Assembly (NCBI GenBank): GCA_051294375.1
Contig: CM119271.1
Span: 14,018,770-14,082,769, forward strand
Reading direction: 5' to 3'
Source of the DNA: Paraspadella gotoi
Taxonomy: Eukaryota > Animalia > Chaetognatha
DNA length: 64,000 nt
Positions 52,925 to 64,000 of the stretch are shown piece by piece; position 1 is the stretch's first letter; the number at the start of each line of letters is the position of its first letter. The translations under genes were made by a program, and so were the position numbers. The notes below the pieces were generated by a model. That model was given only the letters and a program-made list of their open reading frames with translations. It ran no database searches and was not told the origin of the DNA.

Positions 52925-55271
52925 CCCTCGACTGTAATTATCTCCACGTCCGTACTCCCACCGATTCTTTAAGCCGCAAACTTTGCGGAAAACCGACTTT
53001 CCCGAAGAGAGGCTCCGCTGAAGGTTTCTTCTTGCGGCAGAACTCTCCCTCGCCTCCATTCCCTTTGGGGCCGGAGCAGCGCCAAAGGGAAGACCTACGG
53101 GTGTTGACGCATTCGAAAGGTCGGCGCAAGGTTGCTGCAGACACTCGCCACGCTGGAAGTTTTGAGAAAATAGGGTTAAATATACAAGGAAACAAGACAA
53201 AGTTCTTTTTTTTAAAAAATCAAACTACCCCACGCTAATTTGACCCACTTAACAATCAATAAATTAGGGTAACTTAGGTAATATTTGCCTGATAAAAAAA
53301 CAATATATTCTTTTAATGTTTTAATTTCGTTATTAACTAAATCAATTGTTATTACTATATTTAAGCACCAAAATACTTTCCCCTAATGTATGAAAATATG
53401 ATTACAATAGGAGCCAATGGCAAATTAAAGTCTGAATCTACTGCTACTACCCAAACCAGAACCCAATAAAATATTAAGGAATTAATAATGAAAAATTAAT
53501 TAATTATCCATTAATTACAGAATAGTAAAGAAATTAGTAATAACAATGAGATCCATTACATTTAAAGAGATTGCAAGTAAATCAGTTGATCCTGATAAGA
53601 TTGACAAATAAAACCTCGATCAAGAGATGTAACAATGTACCCCAAGACTCAAGTCCGCCATACAATTTGTATCTTATTTAAAAATGAAAAGCTTAACTAG
53701 AAATTCTATGCAGAAATGAATATGGATACTCAATACCCTCCCAAGCTGATATAAAAAATTCCGAGCTCAATATAGAAAGTAAATATCCTAGGATATAATT
53801 TCAAATATTGTGGGTTTCTTACTTTTCTTCGGTTAAGATTTGGAGAGAAAAATAATTTTCTTTAACAACACGACTTTTTATAGAAAACATACATTGACTT
53901 AATTGCAAATCTCAATCGTGCTATTTAATTTTGATATACATAATTTGTTCACCACAAGTAACATGAAGAAGATGGAAGAAAGGAGAGAGAGAGAAAATAA
54001 ATTCTAACAAAGAAATAAAAAGACAGTGTCAGTTTTGGGAATAGGGTAAAGTTGAGCAGAGAGAGAGAAGTTGGTAAAAGAATAATGCAGAGAAGAGAGA
54101 GAGAAAGATGCAAGAGTCAACAATTAAAATACATTATACATCTTAACAACTTAACATTATTCACTTTCTTCCTCTGCAAATTCAATTTCTTCCTCACCAC
54201 CTTCTTTTCCTGCTCAAACTACCCATCCTCAAACTGACCACTGTCATTTTTAAATTGTTGAAAACATTATTCTCCTCTCTCCTCTCTCCTCTCTCCCTTC
54301 CTTCCATCCCTTTCACGTTTACTTGAAACAAAAAATTAGACTATCAAAACTAAATTAGCACTGATAAGACTTAAATTAATCAAAAACAATGTAGTAATCT
54401 TAAAAACATTTGTAAATTTTTTTCCTAAACCCAAATTTCCTTCTATTTTTCAATCATTAACAAAGAATTTAACATCAAAATAAAATGAATTCAATGTTGA
54501 GCAAATAAAAGTTTATATTGATAAAGAGATCTTGTTTTAAAATTAATACCGAAAAAATCCTATATTGTAAAATTTTTAATTTAAATTTTATTAAATATAT
54601 GGTAATAATGAAGAAAATTTTCCTTATTAAATCTTAGCAAAATTAGATCATAAGGTTTGTCAGAATATATCTTATTTAAGCTCCTTTTCCTCAAATAAAA
54701 TGGCCTACTTTTTATTCATTAACTCTAGAAACCAAAATTGTCTTTACCCATATTTTAGAAAAAAAATTTGCCTAATCACCCTTACTAATAATGTTTTAAT
54801 AAAAAAATTCGGCAATCCTATATAAATCAAGATAATAATATATTATTAAGTCGATAATAAATTCAATAGTTGAATAATCAATCATCATCTTTACCTCGCA
54901 AGAAGGCGGATCACCGCGCGGGATCCAAGCCCGCCGCCGTGCCGTAATAAACTAACCCCGCGGCTTTCCATCGTCCTCTCGACATTCTTGTCCCGACGTC
55001 CCTTTGTTCCACGAAACCTCTCGTCCGCACTCGACGAACGTCGCCCACGATCCGATCCTTCGAAATCCGTCCCCGTGAAAATTCGTCTTCCATTGGGAAC
55101 AATGAACGACGCGAATCGGCAATTCGTCCTCCACCAATCACAAAAGTTAACGGAGATTTTACCGAGTGATTCGTCGGACAGCGGATCTAAAAATGAAATA
55201 TGGGGGGGGGGGTAAATTATTTAAAAAAGAAATTTGAAAATCTAGTCGAGTGATATTAAATTAAAATAATT

Positions 55272-55321
<50 letters not shown>

Positions 55322-57595
55322 AGAGAGAGATGAGAGAGAGAGAGAGAGGAGCAAGACAGATAGACAAAGTCAATTTCATTGATTGGAAATTACAAATAAT
55401 TTTAGCTTAATACAGTTGACCAGATTATACGTATATACTATATAAGATATATCTAATATTATATACAATATATTTATACTTATTATTATATTTATAGACA
55501 GGTATGATTTAACACCGACTCCTCCTCCTATCCGTGCCCCTCTTCCGCGCGCAGGGCTCCCTTGCTCGAAATCTTCGTCCAACTGCTTTTTCATTGCAGA
55601 CGTCGACGTCGCATCGAAGTCATCCTTCCTGCCGGAGATCTTGGCTTCAGTCGACCACGCGACCGTTGGAGGATGATCTCGGCGTTTTTGTATTCGCCGC
55701 GGTCGCTTGAGACCGCGTGGGGTCTCCCACTGGTCCAACCTTTGGTCGGTGCGAGCGCGTGAGTGGGGAATAAAGATATAAAAGATATTATAAAATGTTA
55801 TTCACCCGGGTAACGACAAGACTCAAACTAGAAACCTTTTTCTCAGGAATAAAGGGAGAGAGATTGTGCCGTATAACGTCTAAGAGTTAAAAATTCACGA
55901 TAGAAAAAATTTATAAATTAAACTTCGAGAGATAATTGTAAAAAAATGGTGAATGTGAAGATCAAATTAAAGTGAAAATTGACTCACTTGTGCCCACAAG
56001 TTTCACAAGTTGTGGTAGAACGCCTACGATCTAAAGGTTTTTTTGTTTTTAATGATTCAACTTTCAAGTAATTATGATAATTTTATCTATAAGTTTAACT
56101 ATGGTTTTCACATACATAAAAATCTGGTGTGAATCTATTGAGTCGAATCAAGGTTGACGGCGGCTCGCGGGCATCGGACAACATCGTTTCACAAATTGTC
56201 GAGAATTGAGGAAATTGTTTTAAACTGTAATTCATTAATCGTAAAGTTTTCTCTCTTTCAAAAACTAACTCTGCACTCCCGAAATCCGGCGAAAAAGCCG
56301 ACGGGTAAAACCGGACGGACGGATTCCATCCAATCGGCCGATTTGACGAAACCCGATCCGTCTGTCCGTATCGGAAAGCCAACGTAAAATCCGTCATTTT
56401 CCGGCGATAACCTGAAGTTCTGACAAAGAAAATAAAAAGTCAACCGTCTATCTTTCACGGTCCACTCTTCACTCTCTCTCCTTTTCACTCTCGCTTTACT
56501 TCTCTCTCATCTCTCTCTCACTCACTCTTCTCACTTCCACAACGCTCACTCACTCACTCACTCACTCAGTCCGAGTTTCATCTTCCAAATTCAAATTTTT
56601 CGTTTCTGTCGTTTATTTTCAAAGAATTGAAACGTGTGACATTCCTCTGAAGTCGCACTAAATAATAAACAATATACATATATAATTGATTATATTTACT
56701 ACATAAGCAATAATCATAACATTAAGTTTATAATAATTATTAACCGCAACACAGATTAGCCATCCCTTGGGCTTCGAATAGGGATTAGGTAGAAAAAAAG
56801 TTAGTTGTTAGCCTTTCGGAATTAAGGTTGAAGGTTTAGAAAGGATAAACTTTTGGAAAGAGATTAGAAATAAATTAAATATTAGGGTAAACATAAAAAA
56901 TTTGGAAAGACTTTGTTGTGAGCTTCGGAAAACAGGTTGTAACACCGTTTAACAGGCGGGTTAAGCGCCCGTCGCTCTTAACTGTTAGGGACCACCGGGA
57001 ATAGAAACCCCGGACTTTTGGGTGGAAAACGAATGACTACCTCCTTCACCAATGACGACTGATGATTATAGTCCACCATAATTTAAAGGATTAAGAAACT
57101 AAATGGGGCAGTTACGACCGGTCTTTCTCTCTAAACCCTTCCTCTCTTCCTCTTCTGCCCAATAGGACCGTAAAGGTCTCCTTGTTCTATTGCTATGTAA
57201 CGGTCATATAGCAATAGGAACAATCTAAGGTCATTGCCAAAGCTAAGGCAAAGTGGACCGTAGGGTCTAGGATTCCCGGCTTCAGAGGTAAGACTTAAGA
57301 GAGGGAGGAAGGTTTAGAGAGAGACCGGTTGGTAAATCGCCTTAGATTAATATTTAAAATTTAAATGAAACAAATTTTCGTGAAACAACAAATTTAATTC
57401 TATTTTGATAAATTGGACATGTTCGGTCAGTTCGAGCCCTCATCAGCATTGAAAAAACCAAAATATATTTCACAAACATTGAAGTTGTTGAGAGAGAGAA
57501 GAGAGAAAAAAAGGAAGAGTTTCAACAAAGAATTGGTAAAGGAAAGTGGTTAGATGTGAGGACAGAGGTGAAGAGAGAGTGAATTGAAATTAGTG

Positions 57596-57638
<43 letters not shown>

Positions 57639-58976
57639 CATAGTGCAAAATATGTACATTTTGGTAATGTACAACAAAAAGATAAAATGTAGTGAAAACT
57701 AACAAAACAAAGATTTGATAATAAAAAATTAAAGTATGTTTGTGCATTTGAAATACTGAAAGTAGCGAATGACATAGAAAAATAATTTGTGAGGATAGAT
57801 AGATAAGTAGTAAAAAAATAAGTAGAGAAAGAGCTCAAAATGAGCTTCCCCCCCGGCGGGCAAATGTGGACATTGCTGATGAATTTCGGTTCATAGCCGT
57901 CATAGGCTTAGAGAGTATTGTTGGTGGAGTTGGATATGCGGAATCTGGAAGATGCCAGTGCCACTCGATATCTCTTTGACCTGATAAGCCTGCCGAAGCC
58001 CTCCTCTCACCTTAGGTGAGCGGGCAAATTTGCCTGTTTGGCCTTTTTGGTCAGAGATACGACTCCTCCCTTTCTCCTGCAGCCGTCGTTTTGGTTTGTG
58101 AAAAATTATTTGTGTTTTTTTCTAATACTGATGAAGGCTCGAAACTGAAGCTGTCATCTTCAGCAATTAAAAATAGTAAAAAAAGGGAAAATTTATCTAA
58201 AATAAAATTAAATGTTGTTTCACGAAAATTTCGTTCATTTAAATCTAAACAAACAACAAAGAAAAGTTAACACAATGATTTAATATTTTATATGCTTTTA
58301 TTTAACTAAAAATAATAATAATTAATAATAATAATAACAATAATAATTATATAATAATATTAATATATAATAAATAATAAATAAAAGGCTATCTACACGA
58401 GAGGAAATTCCTTCTTTCGTTCCCCATTTTTCCGGATGTTTTGTCGTCGTCGTCGTCGTCCGGCGTCGTCGTCGGCGTCTCGGTTACTCGTTCCTCTGGG
58501 CCTTCATTTCAGCTGCGATCCCGCATCATCTTTTTCGGGGGAGTTTGTTTGGTGGAAGGATTCAAAGGCTCACAAAAAAAACGTAAGAAATCCCGTCGCG
58601 CGAGCCGGGCGGGCGACAACAGCGCGTCCATGGTGCGATTCGTGAGATGAGAAGCGAGTTGCCTGAGAACGTCGCCGAGAGGATGACGTCTTTGCCGAGC
58701 CTTTAGAAGAAAATCCACGGACCAGCTCGACTATCTCGGTCATCAATTGAAGCAGCGTATTCTCTCCATGGTCGACTGGATGGATTATTTGGTAGTAGAC
58801 GCTTGGGAAACATACTTTGAATGACAGAATAATAGTAATTATAAGTAAACTATCCATAATACAGCAGTCCAGTATGCTCCCCGGATCAGGCTCTTGCACC
58901 ATGGTACAGGTGGGTAAAAGCCGATCAGTTCTAATTAACTACTAGGTTCATCTGGCTAACCCCGAATGATTTGCCC
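52925..58976 (-). other. Inverted, indel-rich duplicate of about 42460-52790 nested in an intron of the large gene
   Basis: Reverse-complement matches: 52935-53240 to the cbEGF exon, 54890-55190 to the Sushi exon, 55515-55770 to the ZP-C exon, 56560-57340 to 46500-47270 and the MITE, 57340-58976 to 42460-43915. It starts just after the N gap at 52818-52842. Confidence 0.9.
55988..56419 (-). CDS. Two probable ZP-linker/ZP-C exons (about 56419-56115 and 56029-55988) present only in the inverted copy
   Basis: ttgtcag and tttag acceptors, gtgagt donor, and the open frame MTDFTLAFRYG...NRFTPDFY. Collinear position between the 47156 exon and the 51359 exon. Confidence 0.5.
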
Positions 58977-59142
58977 ATCTCTCCTTAAAGACCTTTGTAT
59001 CTCTATTCTCAATGCCAATACCTGTTTTTCAAACTGAAAAAAAAATATTAAGAGATTCCTTTAAATGATCTTATTCCATCGTGAAATATCTTTTAATTTA
59101 CCAACATTGTACCATTGGTGATTCGATATAAATATTGTTCAG

Positions 59143-60293
59143 TTGAAGAATATGTATTCCTCTGTCTTCGATTCACTTTCGTTGCCTAAAATATCGGCGA
59201 TTACCAAAAACCTCAACGATGACGTCCAAGTCAGCTACAGGTATCTATTTAGTTTTTTTTTAGTTGCGCCGCGAGTACTCGCGGAAGCAACTCTATTTGA
59301 CACTCTTTTCGCTCGTCGATCTGTCCGGTCATGGTAGGTATGACTGTCCTTCGGTCTTGTCCCCACCTACGTTTTCAAAATTTTATAGTCGGTTTAATCC
59401 TGTTTGCTTAAGACAGAAAAAAAAAAATCTCAAATTCTAAGTGACGGCTAGCGCCCGCCTGCCAGGAAACTCATCAAAATTATAAAGAATCACAAATACG
59501 AGCATGAAAAGTCACTGCTCGCACAAACACATTTGAGAATTCCGTTCTTGTTTTTCGATAAACCTGAATCCATGAATGATATATCCCTATATTAAAAAAA
59601 TTCAAACCGCCTTTCTGGGTTTTTGTCTGTCTGTCCTTCTGTTTGTCTCTTTGTCTCTCTCTCTCTCATATCAAACTAAAATTACCCACAACGCCCCCCG
59701 CCAGCGTGGATGTCGTGGAGACAGGCGACAACCGTGATGTGGACAAAGTTCAACTCGAATCTCTGATCCTTCGTTTCCTTCAAACCTCCAATCCTTTTGA
59801 TTTCAACGAAGTCAGAATCTATGGTAATCGCCGCTGCTTGCTTGCTTCTGACTGCTTGCTTGAAGATTGATTAATGATTATGGCAACGGTGAAAATGAAA
59901 TTTAAGTTTATAAATTGATATTACATACTTACTTACTTAAGCAATTTTTTGTTATATTGGTTGTACCAATTTAATAATTTTTATTCCCTACTTTCCATCT
60001 CCTATTAAATCGGTAATGCCTTCTCACTTTGGACAGGCCATGATGGATTATGGCCTCCGTACGTCTTGTAAGAAAACAAGATACAGTAGCAAGACAATTA
60101 CTTTGTAATTCTTATTTCTCAATCATTAACCTCTCCTTTACGCCTTCTTCAGAATTTCCCCATTGCCACTTGCTTGACGGCAATGACTGCAACGACAATG
60201 CCATCTGCTTTGATGAGAATCTTTCCTTTACTTGTGTCTGTCGGTCGGGATACATGGACGTTGGGTCAAAAATAACCCGGTAATTGCGTTATG

Positions 60294-60367
<74 letters not shown>

Positions 60368-60615
60368 TGTGTGTGTTTGGGAAAGAAAGAAAGAGAGAAA
60401 GAAAGAAAGTAAAACAATTTTTTCCTTCTCTCCCAGGTCGCCAATGCGAGAAGGATAACAACGACAACAACAACAACGACGAATCCGCGGACGTCGAACG
60501 TCTCGTCGTCGTCTTCGTCGTCGTCGTCTTCCTCCTCATCGTTCTCCTCGTCGTCGTCGTCGTCGTCTTTTTCTGTCGTCGTCGTCCCGTCGCCGTCAAG
60601 ACGCCCGCTGAATAA
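59143..60615 (+). CDS. Remainder of SEA, EGF, transmembrane helix and short tail. Exons 59143-59240, 59705-59823, 60153-60279, 60437-60615
   Basis: Phase 0 from 52810 into LKNMYSS...; CHLLDGNDCNDNAIC...FTCVCRSGYMD ... GRQCE; LVVVFVVVVFLLIVLLVVVVVVFFC-RRR. The last intron is off by one base. Confidence 0.8.
59256..59552 (+). mobile_element. HINE/DINE-1-like element copy
   Basis: 5' hairpin TTTTTAGTTGCGCCGCGAGTACTCGCGGAAGCAAC and 3' end AAAGTCACTGC...CCGTTCTTGTT, shared with 28694-29446 and 25003-25353. Confidence 0.7.
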
Positions 60616-61691
60616 CTGAAGTGTCGGCAGGAAGTGAGGGACGCGTATTAGGAAGAGGGGGGGGGTAGCGGGGGGGGGCGGGAGAACATTGGCGCGAGAT
60701 TTGTTATTGTTTGTTTCTTTTGTGTGTGTACGTTTTTGCTTATGTGTGTCACGCGTGGTGAATGACTACGTATCAATTTCGTTAAAAATTTTGACAAAAA
60801 AATTAGATTCGTACCGATTTATCACAGTTATATTCAATTATAATTATATTCAATTATTCATACTATGATGCTTTGCTAACGAGGCCATGGGCCGCCGGGA
60901 TTGAACCTTGGCATACGGTTAGGCGTTGGCCCACTGAGTAAGGGAGTGGTTAAAATTCAAAATAAAGCTAAAAAAAAAAAAAAATTCACACTTAGATTTA
61001 GTGATTACATACCCGTTTTCAATCTTCTCACATTTCTTTTGTTGATGAACCATTAACCAATCCTTCGTACATCTTTTCAACGCGATCCGTGAAGCTCACA
61101 GTTTCAGCGAAGAATGTTCACCGTTCATTCCTCCCGCCGCCTCGTCCGAACCAAGTCGAAAACTCGCATGTAAATTACTTAGTCATTTCTTTGATTTTAC
61201 GAATCAAAAACAAAGCACAAAACAACCATCATTCATTTTTTTTCATTCGACTCCTTCATTTGTTTTCCCGCCAAATCCAGCGTCGCTTATTGCTTATTGC
61301 TATTTGGATCAGTTCCGACTTTTGACCCAAGCCTAAAATTTTCAAGGCCTTATTATCCCAAAGCGCCTCATTTCGGTTTAAAGGGAAGAAGTTAGATTTT
61401 GGGATTCAGTTAAATTAAGAATTAAGGTTTAGGATTAAGGTCAACGGTGAGGGATTAAAGATTCGGGTTTAAGGATAAGGGTTTTGGATTAGGGAATAAT
61501 GTTAATGTTATGCGTTATGAGTTTATTAAAATTAAAATTAAGTTCATGAATGTAAAAGAGAGCCTCCACGACCTCGTCGGAAGTCATGATGAAGGCAGCT
61601 CGATGAAGGATCCCCGTTCGCCTCCAATCGTTGGTCGGCCGACGGGATTCGAGGTGGAAGAGGCCGATCTTTGGAAGAGGCTGGGGGATTA

Positions 61692-61922
61692 GGGATCGGA
61701 GAAACAGGGGACCGGGGATTAGAGAAACAGGGGACCGGGGATTGGAGAAACAGGGGAGGGCGGATTGGAGAAACAGGGGAGCGGAGATTGAAGAAACAGA
61801 TGACCGGGGATCAAAGAAACAGAGGACCGGTAATCGCAGAAAAAGGTGACCGGGGATCGGAGAAACAGGGGACCGGAGATCGGAGAAACAGGGGACCGGG
61901 GATCCAAGAAACAGGTGACCGG
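61692..61922 (+). repeat. 23-bp minisatellite (GGAGAAACAGGGGACCGGGGATY)
   Basis: GAAACAG recurs at 61701, 61724, 61747 and onward. Confidence 0.9.
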
Positions 61923-62410
61923 TGATTCATTTCATTACTTGGCAAAGACGAGGTTTTTCGATTATCGGATCTATTCTTCGTACTATTTATTTCAAAACTT
62001 TCCAGCTTTGTTCAAAAAGAATATAAGAAGATTTGCTGTTTATCGGGGAGAACGGGTAAGTAACGGCCAAACCGAACAGTCAATGTATTGTAGATGATTT
62101 ATGTTACAAATTGTAACATGGATCTATGTACCTCTATTATCTATTCATTGAACCAACTGGACAAATTAAATAGGACAATCAGATTATTCATGCATCGAAG
62201 TGGCCGTCGAGAAGCGGTAAAACAGTTTCGCACAAAGTGAAAGTCTCAAACTTTTGCTTTTTTTCTTTTCTTCTCATCTACTGACAAATAAAAATCCATT
62301 TAAAAAAAAAAAATTTTAATTATCCCTTTTTTCCAATTGTAATGATTAAAAAATTGTTCAAAATCGTTGACTATCATCTTGTCTCTCTTAATTAACATTC
62401 TTTTATTTTT

Positions 62411-62518
62411 TTAATTCATCTCCCCTTTTTATTCATCCCGGTTTTAATTCATCTCCCCTTTTTATTCATCCCGGTTTTAATTCATCTCCCCTTTTTATTC
62501 ATCCCGGATTTAATTCAT
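62411..62518 (+). repeat. 33-bp tandem repeat, about 3 copies
   Basis: TTAATTCATCTCCCCTTTTTATTCATCCCGGTT at 62411, 62444 and 62477. Confidence 0.9.
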
Positions 62519-62575
62519 CGATATTCAGCTCCGTCTCTCGATTTTCCGATTTCTCTTCGTCTCTCGATCTCGTCT

Positions 62576-64000
62576 TCAAAAGAGCGCCGCAAAGATGGTC
62601 AGGGGGATGTGGTGTCCCCGAAGCGCTTCGTCGAGGGCGTCGCGGAGAGGCTCTTCAATGGAGTGGGCGATCACATTCTGTGAGGAGGGAGGATAGATAG
62701 ATAGATAGATAGCTAGATGAATAGATAGATAGCTAGAAATCTATACATCTTTTTAACTATCTATAAGAGAAAGAAAGAAAGAAAGAAAGAAAGCGATCAA
62801 GCAAACAAAACAATTAACCAACAAACCAATCAATCAACAAAGCAAGCAATACAGTAGTTCCAACAGACCCCCCCTCCTCTAAGCTCAACCTTCAGCAAGT
62901 TGATAATTGCGCCTCCAATCTTCTCAATTATTCCGTCCATCCATTTCATTCCCTTAAAAATATCGACGTCAAGTTCGACGTCGCCGATCGAAACGATCTC
63001 CAGTGACTTGACGGAGCCGTGACTGGTCCGAGCTGGACCCGAGGAGAGAGAGAGAGAGAGAGAGAGAGACCGAGAGAGAGAGAGAGACGAGAGAGAGAGG
63101 AGAGAGAGAGTGAGAAGAGAGGAGAGAGGTCTCCAGCCTCCAATCCCTCGTTCAAACCAGGGGACTGCTCACTTGTTTGATGACGATTTTGCTTCGACCG
63201 AAGAGACAGCGAGCGTCATCTGCGTTTCCCCCAACTCAATAAAAACTCGACGCGAAAACTAAATAGGAGAAAAAAAAACAAAAGGCATAATCATTAAGTT
63301 TAAATCCATCCGTCCGTCCGTCTTTCGGTGTCTTCGGAGGTGAAAGCATGAGAAATATATGTACGTACATCCCAAAATTAGAAGATAGCAATGTGTGTGA
63401 GAGATAAACTGAAAGAGACAGAGAGAAAGAGAGAAATATAGAGACGCGACTCATGAGAAAAGCCTGACCTCGATTTTTATCCCAATTTTCAACCTATTTC
63501 ATCGAATTCATTTTATTCCTAATTTCGGTTCAACCTCATTAAAATACCACTTCCTTTTCTATCCACCAATCTCGACTCTTACTCGACCAACTGACCTAGA
63601 TGACCCACTGACCTTCTTCCTCACCCAACTACCCTGAATGACCAATTGGCCCACCAACCTTCTTCCACAGCCAATCGTGACTCTTACTCGACCAACTGAC
63701 CTGGATGACCCACTCACCCACTGACCTAGCTCAGCCAATCTTTACTTTTCCTCGACCTCCTGACCTGGAATGCCCGCGCAAGTTGATCCAACCTAAATGA
63801 AGAACGAAGGTGTCCACATTCTCTCCTCGCTCGACAGTCGCATCCCCGGTCCTGGAAAATCCAATCGAATCGGAAATCAAAAATCCCGACACCGACCGAC
63901 CGACCAAAGCCCACAAAACCAGGGCTACCTGTTGACCGATTTTAATCCGCTCAGCGATCCGTGGCTCATGGCGGCGAGTCCCGCCAAGTTGCCCAAGGGG
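62576..64000 (-). CDS. Group-7 mite allergen (Der p 7)-like / TULIP lipid-binding protein, 3' part. Exons (minus) 64000-63929, 63851-63765, 63493-63469, 63219-63173, 63032-62890, 62677-62576; contains small indels
   Basis: Spliced: HGSLSGLKSVNRTGDATVE...FVLHLGWINLRG...SVKSLEIVSIGDVELDV...IIEKIGGAIINLLKNVIAHSIEEPLRDALDEAL. This resembles the G.L.GL...R.GDA.V motif and long C-terminal helix of the family. GT-AG introns; not captured by the ORF track. Confidence 0.65.

Noticed and set aside
53240-54790. Unique AT-rich block inside the inverted copy
   Set aside because: No ORF, repeat or motif recognisable; probably noisy read sequence or an unclassifiable insertion.
61555-61680. GC-rich exon-like segment on minus (PLPKIGLFHLESRR...EVVEALFYIHE)
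   Set aside because: Has an acceptor but no partner exon, clear donor or recognisable motif.
63573-63730. TGACC half-site cluster as nuclear-receptor elements
   Set aside because: Arises largely from a local duplication of about 105 bp within an intron of the Der p 7-like gene.

Overview
Eukaryotic, invertebrate-animal-like genomic DNA: AT-rich introns full of microsatellites and non-autonomous transposons, GC/CpG-rich exons, several N gaps and a noisy stretch at about 44-59 kb. Hand-splicing gives five protein genes. (1) A complete 7-exon long-type ABCC/MRP exporter (9930-16768, +, about 1525 aa). (2) A 3-exon, 130-aa orphan membrane protein (-). (3) A 4-exon SLC16/MCT transporter (-) with a damaged second exon. 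(4) An approximately 29-kb gene (31821-60615, +). Most of its exon phases link signal peptide, about 19 ankyrin repeats, C-type lectin, mucin-like repeats, a ZP module with two large insertions, furin site, Sushi, cbEGF, SEA, EGF and a TM helix; the ZP-C junctions near the assembly problem and the last intron do not resolve. This would be an apparent cell-surface or matrix protein with extracellular ankyrin repeats. (5) The 3' part of a group-7-allergen/TULIP-like gene (-). Non-coding highlights: a dispersed family of minimal type I hammerhead ribozymes with covarying stem II in Penelope-like context, Helentron-associated (HINE/DINE-1-like) elements, and a hAT insertion with an 8-bp TSD nested in a MITE. 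There is also a 6-kb inverted, indel-ridden copy of part of the big gene. It carries the empty hAT site and exons missing from the forward copy, and is probably a mis-assembled second haplotype. All calls are by eye; no database search was run.
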